DNA from: the human T2T-CHM13v2.0 reference genome, Homo sapiens
Assembly (NCBI RefSeq): GCF_009914755.1
Contig: NC_060934.1
Reading direction: 5' to 3' (one strand)
DNA length: 64,000 bases
In this document: positions 1-19,055 of the stretch, piece after piece
How the letters are laid out: each line of letters opens with the position of its first letter
How positions within the stretch are numbered: the first letter of the stretch is position 1
Notes under the pieces: generated by a model
Databases searched by the model: none
Seen by the model: the letters and a program-made list of their open reading frames with translations, nothing else
Told to the model about the DNA's origin: nothing
Made by a program: the position numbers and the translations under genes

Positions 1-118
1 TAAGTTCAGTTTAATTGTCATTGCATCAGAACTCAGAAGCAGAAAAATGCGGCAACCTCATATTGCCACTCTTTCCAGATGCAAAGCTCAGGTTTTCAAG
101 CATTCCTAAGAGAAGTAA

Positions 119-244
<126 letters not shown>

Positions 245-399
245 TGAGTATTTCAGCATACTGGGTTTTGTGGATTTTGTCTTAAAGATGGCAAAACGCT
301 GGTGGGACATGCGTGTGATTCCAAGAGAAAATGGCCCTCTGATGTCTATATGATGACAGGAAACAAGTTTCACTCAATTTAATCTGATTCAATCAATAT

Positions 400-2350
400 T
401 TATCATATTTGCTTGGTACATCTTTAACCCCTGATGTCTAGTTCCTGTACCTACATCCATAAGCTGACCTTGGGCAGGACACCACTGGCCAGTCTCACCC
501 TCAATTCATGGTCAACTGGCCCTCTATTGCTGCCCAGGCATCGCACTAAATATCCCTCTTCCATTCACTTTTCCACTCTTCTAAAAGACTTCTGTGCCAT
601 CTCCCCCTCCTTAATCCTCTGATAACCCCTTCTCATCTCACGCTCCCCCAGTGAACTTGCTTCCGTGTCATTGAGAAAATAGAGGCAAACAGAGAACATC
701 CAGGCATTTCTACAACCCCGCCTGTGGAGTTGCATGTTTGCCTGCATGCTCTGCTTTATCTCCAATGACTATGTTCCCAGCAAGGGCCAACCCACCATGT
801 GGGCACTAGATCTCATTCCCCATCCCCTCTCTGCTAGAAGTATCCATACAGAGCCGTAATCATCCTTTGCTCTCTCCTCATGAGTATTTCCTGTTCTAAT
901 GGAAACTCCATCACCATGTAAAAATGTTAATTCCTATCACATTGACCTCATATTGCTCTAGGTGTCTCATTTTTTTTTCTTTTCTTTACAGGAAGATTCC
1001 TTGAAAGAATTGAGTGTACTGGCTTTCCTCCCACTTTCTTCAGCCTACCCCAGTTATGTTTTCACCCACACCACTCAGCTAAACTAGTCATGTCAAGATC
1101 ACCCATGACCTTCACATTGCTAAATCCAGGGATAAATTTTCAGCCCTAATCTTACTTGACCATGAGCAGTAGTTGACATGGTGGATTATTCCATCCTCTT
1201 TGAAATACTTTGCTTGGTTTCTGGAACCACACTTTTCTGGTTTTCCTTCTATCACACTGACTGCTCCTTTGTCTCCTTTGCTGATACTTCCTCATCAACT
1301 GGAAATCTTGGACAGCCCAGGGCTAAGCTCTATGATGTCTTTTACCTACATTTCTTTAGTGATTTCATTCAGCATCAGATTTTTAAATTCCATTCCTTTG
1401 CCAGTCTTTCCTCTAAATTCTAGACCCATGTATACAATTGCCTATTCATTATCACTACTAAGATGTCTAATGGACTTTTCAAATGTAACCTCCCCCAAAA
1501 CTTACTCCTCCCATGGTCTTCCCTATCTCAATTAATAGCTTCTTCGTCTTTCAGTCCCGAGACCCTTCAGCCCAGATCATTTTCCTTGACTGTTCTTTCT
1601 CTCTTATATTTCACATGCAAATGCTGTTGTCTTTATCTTCAAAATATATTCAGAATCGAAGCCCTTCTCACACATCCTCTGCCACCATTTTGGTCTGAGA
1701 CATCTTCATCTCTTCCCTGGATTGGTGCAACAGCCTCCCACCTTGTCTCCTTGCTTCTGTGGTTGTTCCCTTAAAGCCTGTGCTCAGGTTAGCTGCTGCA
1801 TGACCCTGTTAAGATGTGAGCTAGTGCCCACCACTCCTTTACTCAAAACCATCCAGTGACTTCTTTTTTTCCTCTGAATGGAAACCAAAGTCCTACAGTG
1901 GCCTACATGACCTCCTATGGTCTATTCTTCCACACGTCCTTACCTAGATTTTCTCTTGCTGCTCTTCCCTCGCTCATTCTCACCCTGCCGTACTTACTCC
2001 CTTGCTGTTCTTTGAGTGTTCCAGACAGATTACACAATCACCTCAGGGCTTTGGCACTTTGCAGTTCCTTCTGCTAGGAACACTTTTCCCTCAGATATTC
2101 TCCTTGGTATACGTGTGTACATGTATGCACACATACACATGCACACATTTGTTCTGTGTCTCTCCTTTCCCTCTGTTTTCTAGTGCTCTTTTATGTATTT
2201 CCAGTACTATTTTTGTTTATTGTCATTCTCCCATAATTAGACGATAAACTCCATGAGGGCAGGGTTTGAGAATGTTTTGTGAACTGTTGTATTCTCAGTG
2301 CCTGGAGCAGTACTCAACATGAGCAGTGGCCAGATGAATTTTGAATGAAC
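400..2350 (+). mobile_element. L2 LINE remnant
   Basis: L2 RT-like cttacttgaccatgagcagtagttgaca (~1151) and L2 3' end ataaactccatgagggcagg...gaatgaa (~2244-2350). Confidence 0.7.
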
Positions 2351-3161
2351 GTCTGCTGCATACTCTCTGCTAGAGAAATGCGGAGATGGTGAAGCCAGTC
2401 TCTGCCTATGAACAGCTCTCATGGAAACCATAAATTGAAACCTGTAGCAGTAACACTGCATATAAGTAAAAGGGCAACTTGGTTATATGCATGCACAAGG
2501 TGCAGGTAGCATAAAGGGAGGCGTAATTAACACCAACTTCAGGACATCCACACCTGGAAGAATTTTTAAATGGTGCCTAACGTTTGACCAAATGGATTAC
2601 AGGGAAGAGAAGGGTATGTTCAGCAGATGGTATATAGTGTGTGAAGGCTTTGAGGTATGACACAGCATTATGTGTAAGGCAACTCACACCCACATCTTAA
2701 AGGACATGGGCAAGGAGTGACTGGTAACAAATCCAAGGGTCATATCTAGTGTGTCACGCCAATGGGCTTGGACTTAATCCTTTCTTTCTCCTCCTCTTCC
2801 CCCGGTCACTATTCAACTTGCCTCAGTAAGTATTTATTGAGTATATTCTATGTGCCAGGCATTGTGAGGAGCAAAAATAGACAAGGGCCTTGGCTTTGTG
2901 GGGCTTAAAGTCTATTGAAAGGCAGTCTTGAATCAAATAATTAATGGGTGCCATCATTGAATGTTAAGCCAGCTCCTGAAGCATCAAAGACATGACTAGA
3001 GTCCAAAATGGAAACCTCAAAGTTTAAGAGTAGGTTATTACAGGGGACCTGGAAGATACAGGGCTAGTGTATATTTCTGTATTTTTAACCAGATAAATGC
3101 AGTGCTTCTCTTCTCCACATTCCTTTCCTCCTCCCATCCTAACAATGCAACTACAATAGAT

Positions 3162-3694
3162 CAGGAGTCCCAAATCCCCGGGTCACAGATCAGTACTGGT
3201 CCATGGCCTGCTAGGGGCCACACAGCAGACGGTGAGTGGCAGGGGAGTGTGCAAAGCTTCATCTGTATTTACAGTCACTCCTCATCACTCACACATTATT
3301 GCCTGAGCTCAGCCTCTTGTCAGATCAGCAGCGGCATTAGATTCTCATAGGAGCACAAACTCTACTGTGAACTCTGCATGCGAGGGATCTAGGTTACATG
3401 CTCCTTAGGACAGTCTAATGCCTGGTGTTCTTTCACTGTCTCCCATCAACCCCATAAAGGACCATCTAGTTGCAGGAAAACAAGCTCAGGGATCCCACTG
3501 ATTCTACATTATGGTGAGTTGTATAATCACTTCATTATATATTCCAGTGTAATAATAATAGAAAGAAAGTACACAATAAATGTAATGTGCCTGAATCATC
3601 TCAAAACCATCTCCCCACTCCTACCAAACCGGTCCACGGAAAAGTTGTCTTTAATGAAACTGGTCCCTGGTGCCAAAAAGGTTGGGGACTGCTG
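3162..3694 (+). mobile_element. MER1A (hAT-Charlie MITE), full length
   Basis: TIRs caggagtccc / ggggactgctg; perfect 8-bp TSD CAATAGAT. Confidence 0.88.
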
Positions 3695-3837
3695 CAATAG
3701 ATAGTATTTGTTGGTTTCAGGATTCTTTTAGATTTCTTACTATAGTACTTTCTTTCTAGACCACACCTACTACTACAACCATTTCTAATTTATATTGACT
3801 TTTGGCAGGGGAGGCAAGGGTAGGAAGGAAAGTTTTA

Positions 3838-4271
<434 letters not shown>

Positions 4272-5638
4272 CTAACCAAATATTCCTAATTAGATTTTTT
4301 TAATTTTCCATATCTTTAAGAAATATTTTTCAGTTTGTGACAGGAAATAGACCCTTTAGCTTGGACCAAGGCTACTAGGCACTGGCCAAGTATAAAAGGC
4401 ATAGCTCTACTCTGCTCCATTTAGCTTGTTTCTTTATCCTTGGCTCTGTCATTTATCACAATTTGGAATTGTCAACATGAGCCTGAACACTAAAAAAAAT
4501 TCTGCTAACAAAGGCACTGTGTTTTCCATGCCTGAGTCAACCCACTGCCCTTTCCTAAATGCCAAAGATGGGGAAATGGGATGGAATTTCCTGGATTACT
4601 ACTTGTACTTAAACCTGAGTAAGTTTTGAATTTGGAAGACACATTCCAGCCAGAGAGGGTGGATTTTGGACCCATGTTCGAGTGTATCAGCCACCCAGAT
4701 TGGTTTTATTTAAGAAACAGATAAACAAAATATCTTAAAGTATCTGTTATTTCTAGCCAGAAGTAACTTCCGTATGGTTTAATTAATAGACCTGCCTTGG
4801 CTCATCTTGACTTACAGAGCTGGGGTTCTATATTCTAGCCCTGTTCTCCCCAGTTAACAGTCCTCAGAGGAAGAAACGAGTCCATAAGGCAGAATTTAAA
4901 AGCTGTGTACAAATTTAACATTTTTACCCATGGCAAGACATCTAGAGTAACTGAATTATTGACTGTCTTTGCTTTTGGCAAGGCAAGACAGCAATAGAGG
5001 ATGGAAATTCAACAAAAGTATCAGGTGTGTATGTACATATGACATTCTAAAAGGGAAAAATGAATTATTCCTTAATCATCTATTAAATAAGCTAAGTTTA
5101 TTTTTTAAAAACGTTTAAGCCCAAGAGGAGAAAATATGAAAGGAAATGTTAGTTATGCGAAAGGTTCTAGGTAGTCAAGAATTCCTTTTTCTTTTCTGAA
5201 ACCCACTTAAATTCATTTGCAGCAGCCCTAGGGGGTTGTCAGAATCACATTCTGGTTAAGTAGTGTCAGTGTGTCAGATCAAAGAAGAAATAAATCATCC
5301 TCCTCCTCCTCCTGTTGTGTGCAATAAAGTAGCCCATTCAAAACTGGATTCACAGTAACCAACTGTGTCATGTAAACAAAGCAATCTTCAGATTCACCTT
5401 GTAGGATGGTGACAGGTAAATTAACAAGGAAGTTGAGAACAAGAAGGAAAGCTACCTGGGATAAATTCACGGTTTTTTTTTTTTGTTTTTTTGTTTTGTT
5501 TTGTTTCCTTCAGTGACTTTCAAAACGTCAGCAATCAGCCCTGAAGTGTTTGGAATGCATACTGAATTGCTACAGGGATAAATATACCATTGCCAGAATC
5601 TTCTGTAGGACAATCTTACTAGAAATCAGTAATCCTGA

Positions 5639-5939
5639 GGCTGAGCACAGTGGCTGTCACCTGTAATCCCAGCACTTTGGGAGGCTGAGGCAGGCAGATC
5701 ACTTGAGGCCAGGAGTTTGAGACCAGCCTGGCCAACATGGTGATACCTGTTTCTACTAAAAGTACAAAAATTAGCTGGGCACAATGGTGGGCACCTGTAA
5801 TCCCAGCTACTCAGGAGGCTGAGGCAGGAGAAGCGCCTGAACCCAGGAGGCGGAGATTGCAGTAAGCCAAGATCACACCATTGCATTCTAGCCTGGGTGA
5901 CAGAGCAAGACTCTATCTTAAAAAAAAAAAAAAAAAAAA
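5639..5939 (+). mobile_element. AluS
   Basis: Full dimer with poly(A) tail. Confidence 0.9.
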
Positions 5940-6006
5940 TTGAGCAAATAAAAAGTTGTTTATCTCATGGAAACCACGAGGAAAATACACAAGAAAAAGT
6001 ATAGTA

Positions 6007-6331
<325 letters not shown>

Positions 6332-8362
6332 TCATTGACTATTATTTACATAGTTTCAATAAATATTAAATATGGAGCCAGCCAAAATTAATTTGTCTAT
6401 TTGAATCCCTCTGGGACATTCTAGCCTGTTGCAGTGTAGATCTTTCTTTCTGTGCTGGGTGTCATTCTGGAACATTCCGTGTTATATGCTTGGGGATTCC
6501 TTTCACCTTTGTTTTGGGTTGAAGCTCCTGTTTCCCAGATCCCTTGATTTCTTTCAAGCTTTACTGTCATTTTAGTCAAAAACCTTCTCATTTCCCTAGG
6601 AAGGGTATATACATGTTTTTTTCAATAGCCTGAATGTTTACAAACCTTTCTGTTTAATTGCTAGTTTAAATGCTTATGGAATTCTGATTGAAATAGTTTT
6701 CCCTCCAAATTTTGAAGGCTTTTTGCTTCATTACCTTGTGGCTTCCATTGTTGCTTTGAGAAGTACAAAGCATTCTAGTGCTTTGATTCTAGACCCTTTG
6801 GGACCTGTCTTTTTCCTCTGAAAGCTTATGGGTTTCTCTTTGTCCCCAGTGTTATGAAATTCATAAAAATATGTCTTGGTGTGGGTATTTCAACCCGTGT
6901 GCCGGACCCTTTCAATTCAGAAAATCAGATCCTTAATTCTGGAATTAATTCTTTATTTTCTTTCCTCTGTCTTCTTTATTATCTTTTTCTGAACTCCTGT
7001 AATTTGGAATTTGAACCTCTTGGGTTATGTCTACTTTTCTTACTTTTCTTCTCCTATCTTCCAACTCTTTTTTGTTTTACCCTTTGGAAATGTTACATTT
7101 CTTTTAACCTTTCTTTTGCTTTTTTTCTATTTCTATTATCATGTTACTTCCAAAAGCTCTTATTCTAAGTCTTTAAATAGAAATTTGTTCTAGTCTCATA
7201 GATAAAACCATCTTTTAGCTTTTAACTGTGAATAATTGTCATAATTGATTTTTCTGTTTGTTTTGCTCTCTCATGAGGTTTTCTGAAGATGCCTGACAAA
7301 CTGTCCTGTGCTCAAATTTTAAAATAAGGCATAAAATAATTAATCAGAGGTTCTGTGCTCATAGGCGGAGCTTGTCAACTTTGTGTTTCTGTGTATGGCA
7401 ATCTTGCTAGATAATTTACACAGGAAACCTCCAATATCATTATCTTTGGGTCCTTACAATTTGGCAGTCAGATTCCCCAGAGAAGAATCTTCCATTCTGA
7501 CCCCTGGGGATATAAATATAAGCCTGGCTACCAAAACTGTACAATGAGAAGAAAGGCTGAAGACTCAACATTCAGAATCCTTTCTTTTCCATCCAGTATT
7601 CCCTGCTCCTGTTCTGTCTAGGGTCCCCTGGTCAGAGGCCCTCTTGTATTGCCTGCAAGATAACAAATGTAGGGTCTTGTACCACACAGGAAAAGAACTG
7701 TCACCTGGCTATTTGATATTGTGAGGGGGCAGTGGAGGGCTGTAACTGAAACAGACTTTTTAACCAAACTTTTCCTTTTCGCCCTAACTTCATTCTCTAC
7801 CTTCTTTAGAAATATTGTGAGCCTTCAATTTTGCTTCACAGCTTTTTCCTACTGCTGACTTGAATATTCAGCTTTCTGCAGTCTAAGTCATTTGCTATTT
7901 CCAGTTCCCAAATTTTGTTGCTCTCATTTCTACCTTATCTAAAATGATACTCCCAATTCAATATTGTCTCTCATAATACCCTGTATGTTCTTTCCACAAC
8001 AATCATCATCTTTAATTATTTTCCTTTATTATTTATCTCTGCCACTAGACCATTAGCTATCTGAGGGAAGACTGGTTCTTATTTATTTTTCATGCCTATC
8101 ACAGCAATGAACTATGGCACAGAGACTAGGAATATAGGGTCAGGAGTCTGGGTTCAAATCCCAGCTCTCCCACTTAGTTACATACATACCCTTGGATAAA
8201 AAATCTCTCTGTGAGTCTCATTTTTCATCAGCAACAGTGGGATAATAGTAAACGTTTCTCCTAGAGCTTTTTGGATCATTTAGTAATTCAAATAAAGTGC
8301 TCAGTACTTATCTGACACTTGTAAGCAACAAGTAAGTGCAACGTAAGGCAGGTGCAGGATAG

Positions 8363-8659
<297 letters not shown>

Positions 8660-8771
8660 GTAAGGCAGGTGCAAGATAAAAATGAATAAGTAAAAAGAAA
8701 AAAAATGAATAAGTAAGTATCCTAACACATATGGTTTGAAAATATGGTTGCTATATATATTTCATACTTAG

Positions 8772-8975
<204 letters not shown>

Positions 8976-10102
8976 TGAGCTTAAGCTTTTTAAACTCTCC
9001 TCTCCCGATGTTGATGATGAGAAGACCTAACAAGATGATAATTCCATGTGTCACAGAGTATAGAAAAAACAGGTGTGTGCTGCCAGTCGCTGTTGCTATG
9101 GTCTTACTGATTTCATGGTGTGGAAGGATTTGTTATGATAGTTTCAAGTTAAGAATTCCACAGGCTGTCAGCATTAATGTTTTGGTTGTGGTTTGTTTTC
9201 ACTAACATGAGCTTTGGTGTCTGCAGACTCTAAGATCTCCTGGCTTTGCATCAGTGTTACCATGAGCAAGTTTATTAACCTTTTGAAGCCTCCATTTCCT
9301 CATCCTAAAAAAGAAATAAAATAACTACCTCATAGAATCATTGCAAGGATTAAACATGATATGTGCTCAATAAATGATATCCATTATTATCCTAAATATT
9401 CCTTAATTCCAGTTATAGATCAATAATGAAATCATTCTCAGGAGAGTATAATTTGTGGGTGTGGAAATTAGTAAAAGATGAAGTCAATTCCTGGCTATAT
9501 TTATTGATAGATATCAATATGTTTGTTTTATTTGTAAAAACAGTGTAGGGAGTTATTGTGTTTACAGAGATGGTATGTGGATACTGCTTATTAACGTATA
9601 CTGAATTGATCACACTGAGACCCTTCAGCTGCTATTTAATCTTTTTGGTATGTGCTTGGAGTTTTAGGTTAATCACTGTTACACATGTTGCTTACTGGAT
9701 GGTTAGGTCTCTGTTTTTATAAAGTAAACTTTCTGAGAGTTGTGTCAGATCTTTGAGCTTAATTTTTCTCTGTTTATAGGTTAGATATACAAATCCTCTG
9801 AGAGGCTGGTTTCTAACATAGAAGTTCTTCGTTTACTCTGAAGTATGATTATATAAATAACAGAAAAACTATTATAAATAATAAGCTTTATATGTTAGCA
9901 ATGAGCATGATACATTATAGAACTCAGTTTTGTTTCTCACCTAACAACCCTTCGTTGGCAAAACTTCATAACAGGTTTAGAAATATATTTGAGGAAAAAA
10001 TGTAATCATGTGTTTTGCTTATAGCAATTCCTTTTTATGTCCTTATCATCTGTCACAGTTAAAACTCTTTCCACACATCATTTGATGCTCACAAGAATTA
10101 CT

Positions 10103-10391
10103 TTTTATTTTGACTTTTTTGAGAGAGGGTCGCACTCTGTTACCCAGGCTGGAGTACAGTGGTGTGGATCATGGCTCACTGCACCTTGACCTCATGGGCT
10201 CAATCAAACCTCCCACCTCAGCCTCCTGAGTATCTGGGACTACAGGCACATGCCACTACATTGGGCTAATTTTTTGTAGAGAGGGAGTCTCACTATGTTG
10301 CCCACGCTGGTCTCCAATTCCCAGGCTTGGGCAATCCTGCCTTGGCCTCCTGAAGTGCCAGGACTATAGGTATGAGCCACTGTGCCTGGCC
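10103..10391 (-). mobile_element. AluJ
   Basis: Reverse-strand Alu, TSD aagaatta. Confidence 0.88.
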
Positions 10392-11004
10392 AAGAATTAT
10401 TATACAATGCTTATTTCATAAATTAAACTGAATTAACAAAGTCAAGTAATTTTTTAGACTCATCAGTGGAATCAATTACATAACAGATTTCCTTAGATTG
10501 CCAAGATTTTTTTTACAACTACTGATTATACATTGTTTTTAAATGAATTTTCCAGTCTATGTATTTCATTGAGCATACACTAGATACCAAATATCATGTG
10601 GAAGCCCATGAATAAAAAAAGAAACTGATGAAGCCCCTTCCCTCAAGGAGCTGGGTGTAGCCATAAGGCGAATCAGTGAAGAGCCCTTTGAGATAGAGGG
10701 TGATGAGCAAAGTGGTCGAGCCATGAACTGGCTGCCAAAGAGCTGTTGCTGCAGGAGGCACAGGGAAAGGCTTTTCCAGGGAGCTGATCCTGAGCTGAGA
10801 CTTGAAGATGACAGGATTTAGCCAAGAAAAAAGGGAAAGGAGTGGAGAGGGTGACAGTGATTCGAGACAGTGAAAGCCACAACAGGCTTCTGAAAAACAT
10901 AGGTGCTTCATTTAAGCTAAAATATATTGTTTTAAAAAGAAGGACATGGGAGATGACATGACAGAGAGAGGCAGGCATAAGACATGAAAAGGTTGGAGCT
11001 TATT

Positions 11005-11465
11005 TCTATTAGTCTGTTCTCAGGAAAAAATGTGATCATGTGTTTCGCTTATAGCAATTTCTTTTTTATGTCCTTATCTATCACACTTAAAACTCTTTCC
11101 ACACATCATTTGACGCTCACAAGAATTACTGCTAATAAAGACATACCCAAGACTGGGTAAAGTAAAGAGGTTTAATGGAATCACAGTTCCACATGGCTAG
11201 TGAGGCCTCACAATCATGGTAGACAGTGAAGGAGGAGCAAAGTCACATCTTACATGGCAGCAGGCAAGAGAGAGCATGTGCAGGGGAACTCCCCTTTATG
11301 AAACCATTAGATCTCATGAGACTCATTCACTATCAGGAGAACTACATGGGAAAGACCAAGTCCCATGATTCAATTACCCCCCACCAGGTCCCTCCTGTGA
11401 CACATGGGAATTATGGGAGCTACAATTCAAGATGAGATTTCGGTGGGCACAGCCAAACCATGTCA
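11005..11465 (-). mobile_element. THE1 (MaLR) solo LTR carrying a 109-bp foreign insert
   Basis: tattagtctgttctca...gctaataaagacatacccaagactggg...agccaaaccatgtca; 5-bp TSD TTATT. Confidence 0.88.
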
Positions 11466-11795
11466 TTATTCTTAAGGTGGTAGGAGACCATGTACAGACT
11501 GGAGGCATTCATTCATTTAGCAAATACTTGAATACCAACCATGTGCCAGCCATTATTTTGGTGCCCAGGGACACAAAAGTGAAGGACACAAAGTCCTCTT
11601 TCTCATAGTGTTTGTTTTACAGGAAGACATGGACAAAATCTTGTATATATAGACAGACAGAGATGGCTGGTCAGTGGTTGAGAATTCTAAAAGCAGCAGC
11701 AGACCAAGGAATAAAGAGTGAGCCAAGGAGGAGGCTGTAATATTATTATAATAAAATGCAAGAAGTACAAAAATGCAAAAAAAAAAAAAAAAATG

Positions 11796-12004
11796 CAGTT
11801 GGGCAAACCAACTGCATCTAACACCAAACCCATTTTATAATAAAGTGTAGAGTATATCATGTAATGTATTGAATACTAAAAGTGAAAAACAGAATGGTTG
11901 TATGGGGACTCAAAGTTCGGTTCCCACTGTACATATATTGCTTTCACACTCTTATAAAGTTGAAAAATCTTTAAGTCAAACCATCGTAAGTCATGGACTG
12001 TCTG
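11796..12004 (+). mobile_element. MER47A-like Tigger MITE, 3' half
   Basis: cagttgggcaaa...aaccatcgtaagtcatggactgtctg. Confidence 0.7.
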
Positions 12005-12519
12005 CACTTAGTGTAGGCCAAGTACTGCAGTAACTATAACGGAAGCTTTGCATGTGGATTAATTTAGTCCTCATTTCCGTAATACAGATTAGAATACTTA
12101 GGTTCTAAGAGGTTCAATATGTTACCCACTGGCCATAAAGCTCTATGAAGCGATGACGCTTCACTTCTGCCCCCCAAGCCACTTTGATATGTGGCAGTGG
12201 GAAGAGAGAGGCAGAATTTACTGAGCCTGGGGAGAAAGGTAGTTAGAGAAGGCTTATACAGATTCTTTTTGCAAGATAAGGCAGGCACTGGTCAAAATTA
12301 AGAGTTTTGTGTGTAGTAATTATGAAAATGGCATTGGAATTACACATATGGCATTAAATAACTCATACTAGAGCTACCTCCAGGTCTTATTAATTCCTAA
12401 CTGACCACTTAGGTGTCCCTCAACACTAGCCGCAATGAAAGTAACCATCTCTACTCTGTTATTACAGTATTTTTTGTTTGATTACAGAAACCTCCTTCTA
12501 AATAAGTTAACTTCTGTTT

Positions 12520-13030
12520 TTTGTTTTTTAACTTTTAAGTTCCTATCACCCAGGTATTAAGACTAGTACTCACCAGTTATTTTTTCCTGATTCTCTTCTT
12601 CCTCCCACCCTGATAGGCCCCAGTGTGTGTGTCATTAACCCTCTATGTACCTTGTTTTCTTTATCCACTCCATCATTGATGGGCCTTTAGGTTGATTCCA
12701 CATCTTTGCTATTGTGAATAGTGCTGCAGTGAACATATACATGCGTGTATCTTTATAATAGAATGATTTATATTTCTTTGGGTATATACCCAGTAGTGGG
12801 ATTGCTGGGTCAAATGGTATTCCTATCTTTATGTCTTTGAGGAATTACCATACTGTCTTCCACAATGGTTTAACTAATTTACACTCCCATCAACAGTGTA
12901 TAAGCGTTCCTTTTTCTCCATAACCTCAACAGCATCTGTTATTTTTTGACTTTTTAATAACAGCCATTCTAACTGGTGGGAGATGGTATCTCATTGTGGT
13001 TTGATTTGCATTTCTCTAATGATCAGTGTT
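12520..13030 (-). mobile_element. L1P 3' fragment
   Basis: ttgctattgtgaatagtgctgc, gggtatatacccagtagtgggattgctggg, agatggtatctcattgtggtt. Confidence 0.85.
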
Positions 13031-13658
13031 GTAGCTTCTCTTCTTTATCTAAGAGGAAACATTGTTCCTGTTGTTGTTTATAGATATTAGAGATATAAAG
13101 CATAGAAAGGTGTTCTTCATTTTTCAGTTTAATTCAGTGGGTATAAGAAACTGTGGGATGTGGGGAGATGAGGAAGGCTTGCCCCATCTTCAAGATGCTG
13201 AGCTGCATTCTTTCATTAGCTAGGACAACTGGAAAGAATCAAATTGACTTTCAGTTTCAGAAACGAACATTGGGGAAGTTTCTGACATTTCTTTATTAGA
13301 GTAAATTCTGAGCATGATATACTCTGTCAAAGGAAAATTCCTAGCATGGATACATCCATTTTTAAAAGCATCATTTTTACTTTGAAGTCAAAAGTATTAT
13401 CAGAATTTGTCATCGATTCTTAAGGTTGTATCTACTAATACAGTGTTGCACCAGGATTCTGAAAGTCCACTTTAAAATATTTTAAAACTCTTTCCCTTTA
13501 ATTAACGGAGTGTAAAGTATGTGTGTAAGGCTACCACAAATATCTTTATATATGTGTATATATTAAAACATGTTAATATATTGACATAATATAAATAATA
13601 TCCATATATGTAATATATTTTAAGGCTATCCAGGTTTTATACAATCAGCACATATTAG

Positions 13659-13984
13659 GGCTGGGCGCAGTGGCTCACGCCTGTAATGCCAGCACTTTGG
13701 GAGGCTAAGGCGGGAGATCACTTGAGGTCAGGAGTTTGAGACCAGCCTTGCCAACATGGTGAAACGCCATCTCTACTAAAAGTACAAAACATTAGCTGGG
13801 CCTGGTGGCACATGCCGGTAATTCCAGCTATGTGGGAGGCTGAGGCGAGAGAATCACTTGAACTGAGGAGGTGGAGGAGATTGTGGTGAGCCGAGACTGC
13901 ACCACTGCACTCCAGCCTGGGAGACAGAGAGAGACTCTGTCTCAAAAAAAAAAAACAAACAAACAAACAAAAAAAACAAAAAAA
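13659..13984 (+). mobile_element. AluS
   Basis: Full dimer, TSD cacatatta. Confidence 0.9.
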
Positions 13985-15306
13985 CCCACATATTAAACTT
14001 GTACTACTCAAACCTTTAAAAGCAAGGAGTTACACGGGATGCTGTGACTGTCTGAACACTTAACAGATGAAACAAAGATGAAAATCTTTGTGATCAGATT
14101 TCTTAATGCTTACAGTAAATATTAATTTAGGTTGTAACTTGACTGGGATTCAGTGGCCCAATGTTATTTTAAAGCTAGTATCTCATGTAGTTTGGGCCCT
14201 GATTTTTTAAAGATATCTAGGTAAAAAAAAAAGGACTCAAGTCATAACATATTGTGAGGCAGATGGATTAGTGACCAGAGAGTTACCTTTTCTTCAATAA
14301 GGTACTAGTTAAAATTATCTCCAGGAAGCTTCTGGCAAGAATCCAACGGCCTAAGAGGAATTAAAAGGTAATTGTAAATCCACATTTGCTAGCATAAAAG
14401 TCTCATGGAATTCAACCTCCACGACTGCAGTGGGAAGTGAAAGCTATGTACTATGCTTTATAGACCTATGCTGCCTAGTAATAGTAGCTTCTGCCTATTT
14501 ATTAAATTTTAAAAATTTACACGCCTGTTCAAGTGCTCAGTAGCCCATTAGCTGCTGCCACGCTGGACCACATACAGAGAATATTTCCCTCATTGCAGAA
14601 AATTCGGTCAGACAGTCCGGTTTTTGAGTCTTTGGAGATCACAGAACAGATGAACTGAATGCAATTTTCTCGGAGTTCAACTAGATATTCTAATGTTTTG
14701 TGATAAGTTTCTATAAATTTTATACTTTAGATTTCTGTAGTGCTGCCTCTGAAAACTGCCCTTTTAAAACATGACTACTTTGGTTGGAAAATATGAGGTG
14801 TGTTTTTGGATAAGTTTCTTTCTGGTGCCATTCACGTCTTTGCTGTTTTATTTTGTATTTCATCTTGTTAATAAACATCTAGACGGCATACAGGTGACAT
14901 GTAAACATAGATCAGCCCGTGCACTGAAAGGAAAACCTGTCATGGTTGCTAATGCAAAGTGGTCTGCAATGAACACACGGAAGATATCTCAAGGTTCTTA
15001 TTTTACAGCAGTTTTATGAAATGATTTCATAGACTGCAAGCACAAAGAATGTCAGCAGAGAGCTAAAAATTTCCACAATCCAAGTATTATACTAAAAGTA
15101 AATTCTGTAGCCGGTTGACAGAAAAATTCCTTAAATCCTAATGATGTGTGGAGAAACAGCCCTTTCCAAAAGGATAAATTACTGTTGTAAATTTTTATCA
15201 ATTCTATTGCCTGTAAGCATTAACATAATGGCTGACCTACTCACCTTTCTGTTGAAGAAACAGTATACCATTTTACTTTATCTTAAAAATACTGCACTTT
15301 AACTGA

Positions 15307-15519
<213 letters not shown>

Positions 15520-15644
15520 TAAAATGTATTTTATGTTCTGCTTTCTATAATTAGGCTATTGTAATAGCCTTTATGATGTATAGAGAATTTGAGGAGACAA
15601 GATAGTCAAGAATTTTTAAATTGATATAGTTTCATGGCTTAGAA

Positions 15645-17148
<1,504 letters not shown>

Positions 17149-17218
17149 GCATAGAAAAAATGTGAGTGCTTAAAGCTTGCAACTGTGATTTATGTTAACA
17201 TGTTAATTTTGCAGATAA

Positions 17219-17802
<584 letters not shown>

Positions 17803-18237
17803 AGAACTGGCATTATATTTTGAAAAAAACAGTCAAACACCTGTCAGGGAAGAGAATCCTCATCACTTACAGTGGTATTCATTCCAAAGTAAACTGTCCT
17901 CCCTCCTTCCATGATCATGTGTTTTGAGCACAAGTAATCCAAACGATGATCATAGCTTACCAAAAGCTTCCGTACATCCTGCAGTAACTTCACTTTGTTA
18001 ATATCTAACACAAGATCCTGGTTCCGAAAATTTGGCTTGTATGATGAGTCTATTTGGAGTTGGTATATTATTCATTTCTGATCATAGGGATCAAGTTGTC
18101 TGCTCTTAATAACTGTCTGAGACATTTATTTTCACATGGTCTCAAATCAATTTCTAAGTAATAAGTTACCTAGATTCTCACTTGTCGTCTATGCTTTACA
18201 TGCAATGCCTTGAGGTATTAGAGCTTTCCTAGGTTTA

Positions 18238-18589
<352 letters not shown>

Positions 18590-18707
18590 TTAAAATTTAT
18601 AATAAACACTAAAAAATCTTTTGAAAAGTGGCATTATTTTCTTCTCTACTGAACTACTGTGAAGTTTGGACAATGTCAAAATTTCACATCCTAATCTTAC
18701 CTTATTA

Positions 18708-19055
<348 letters not shown>

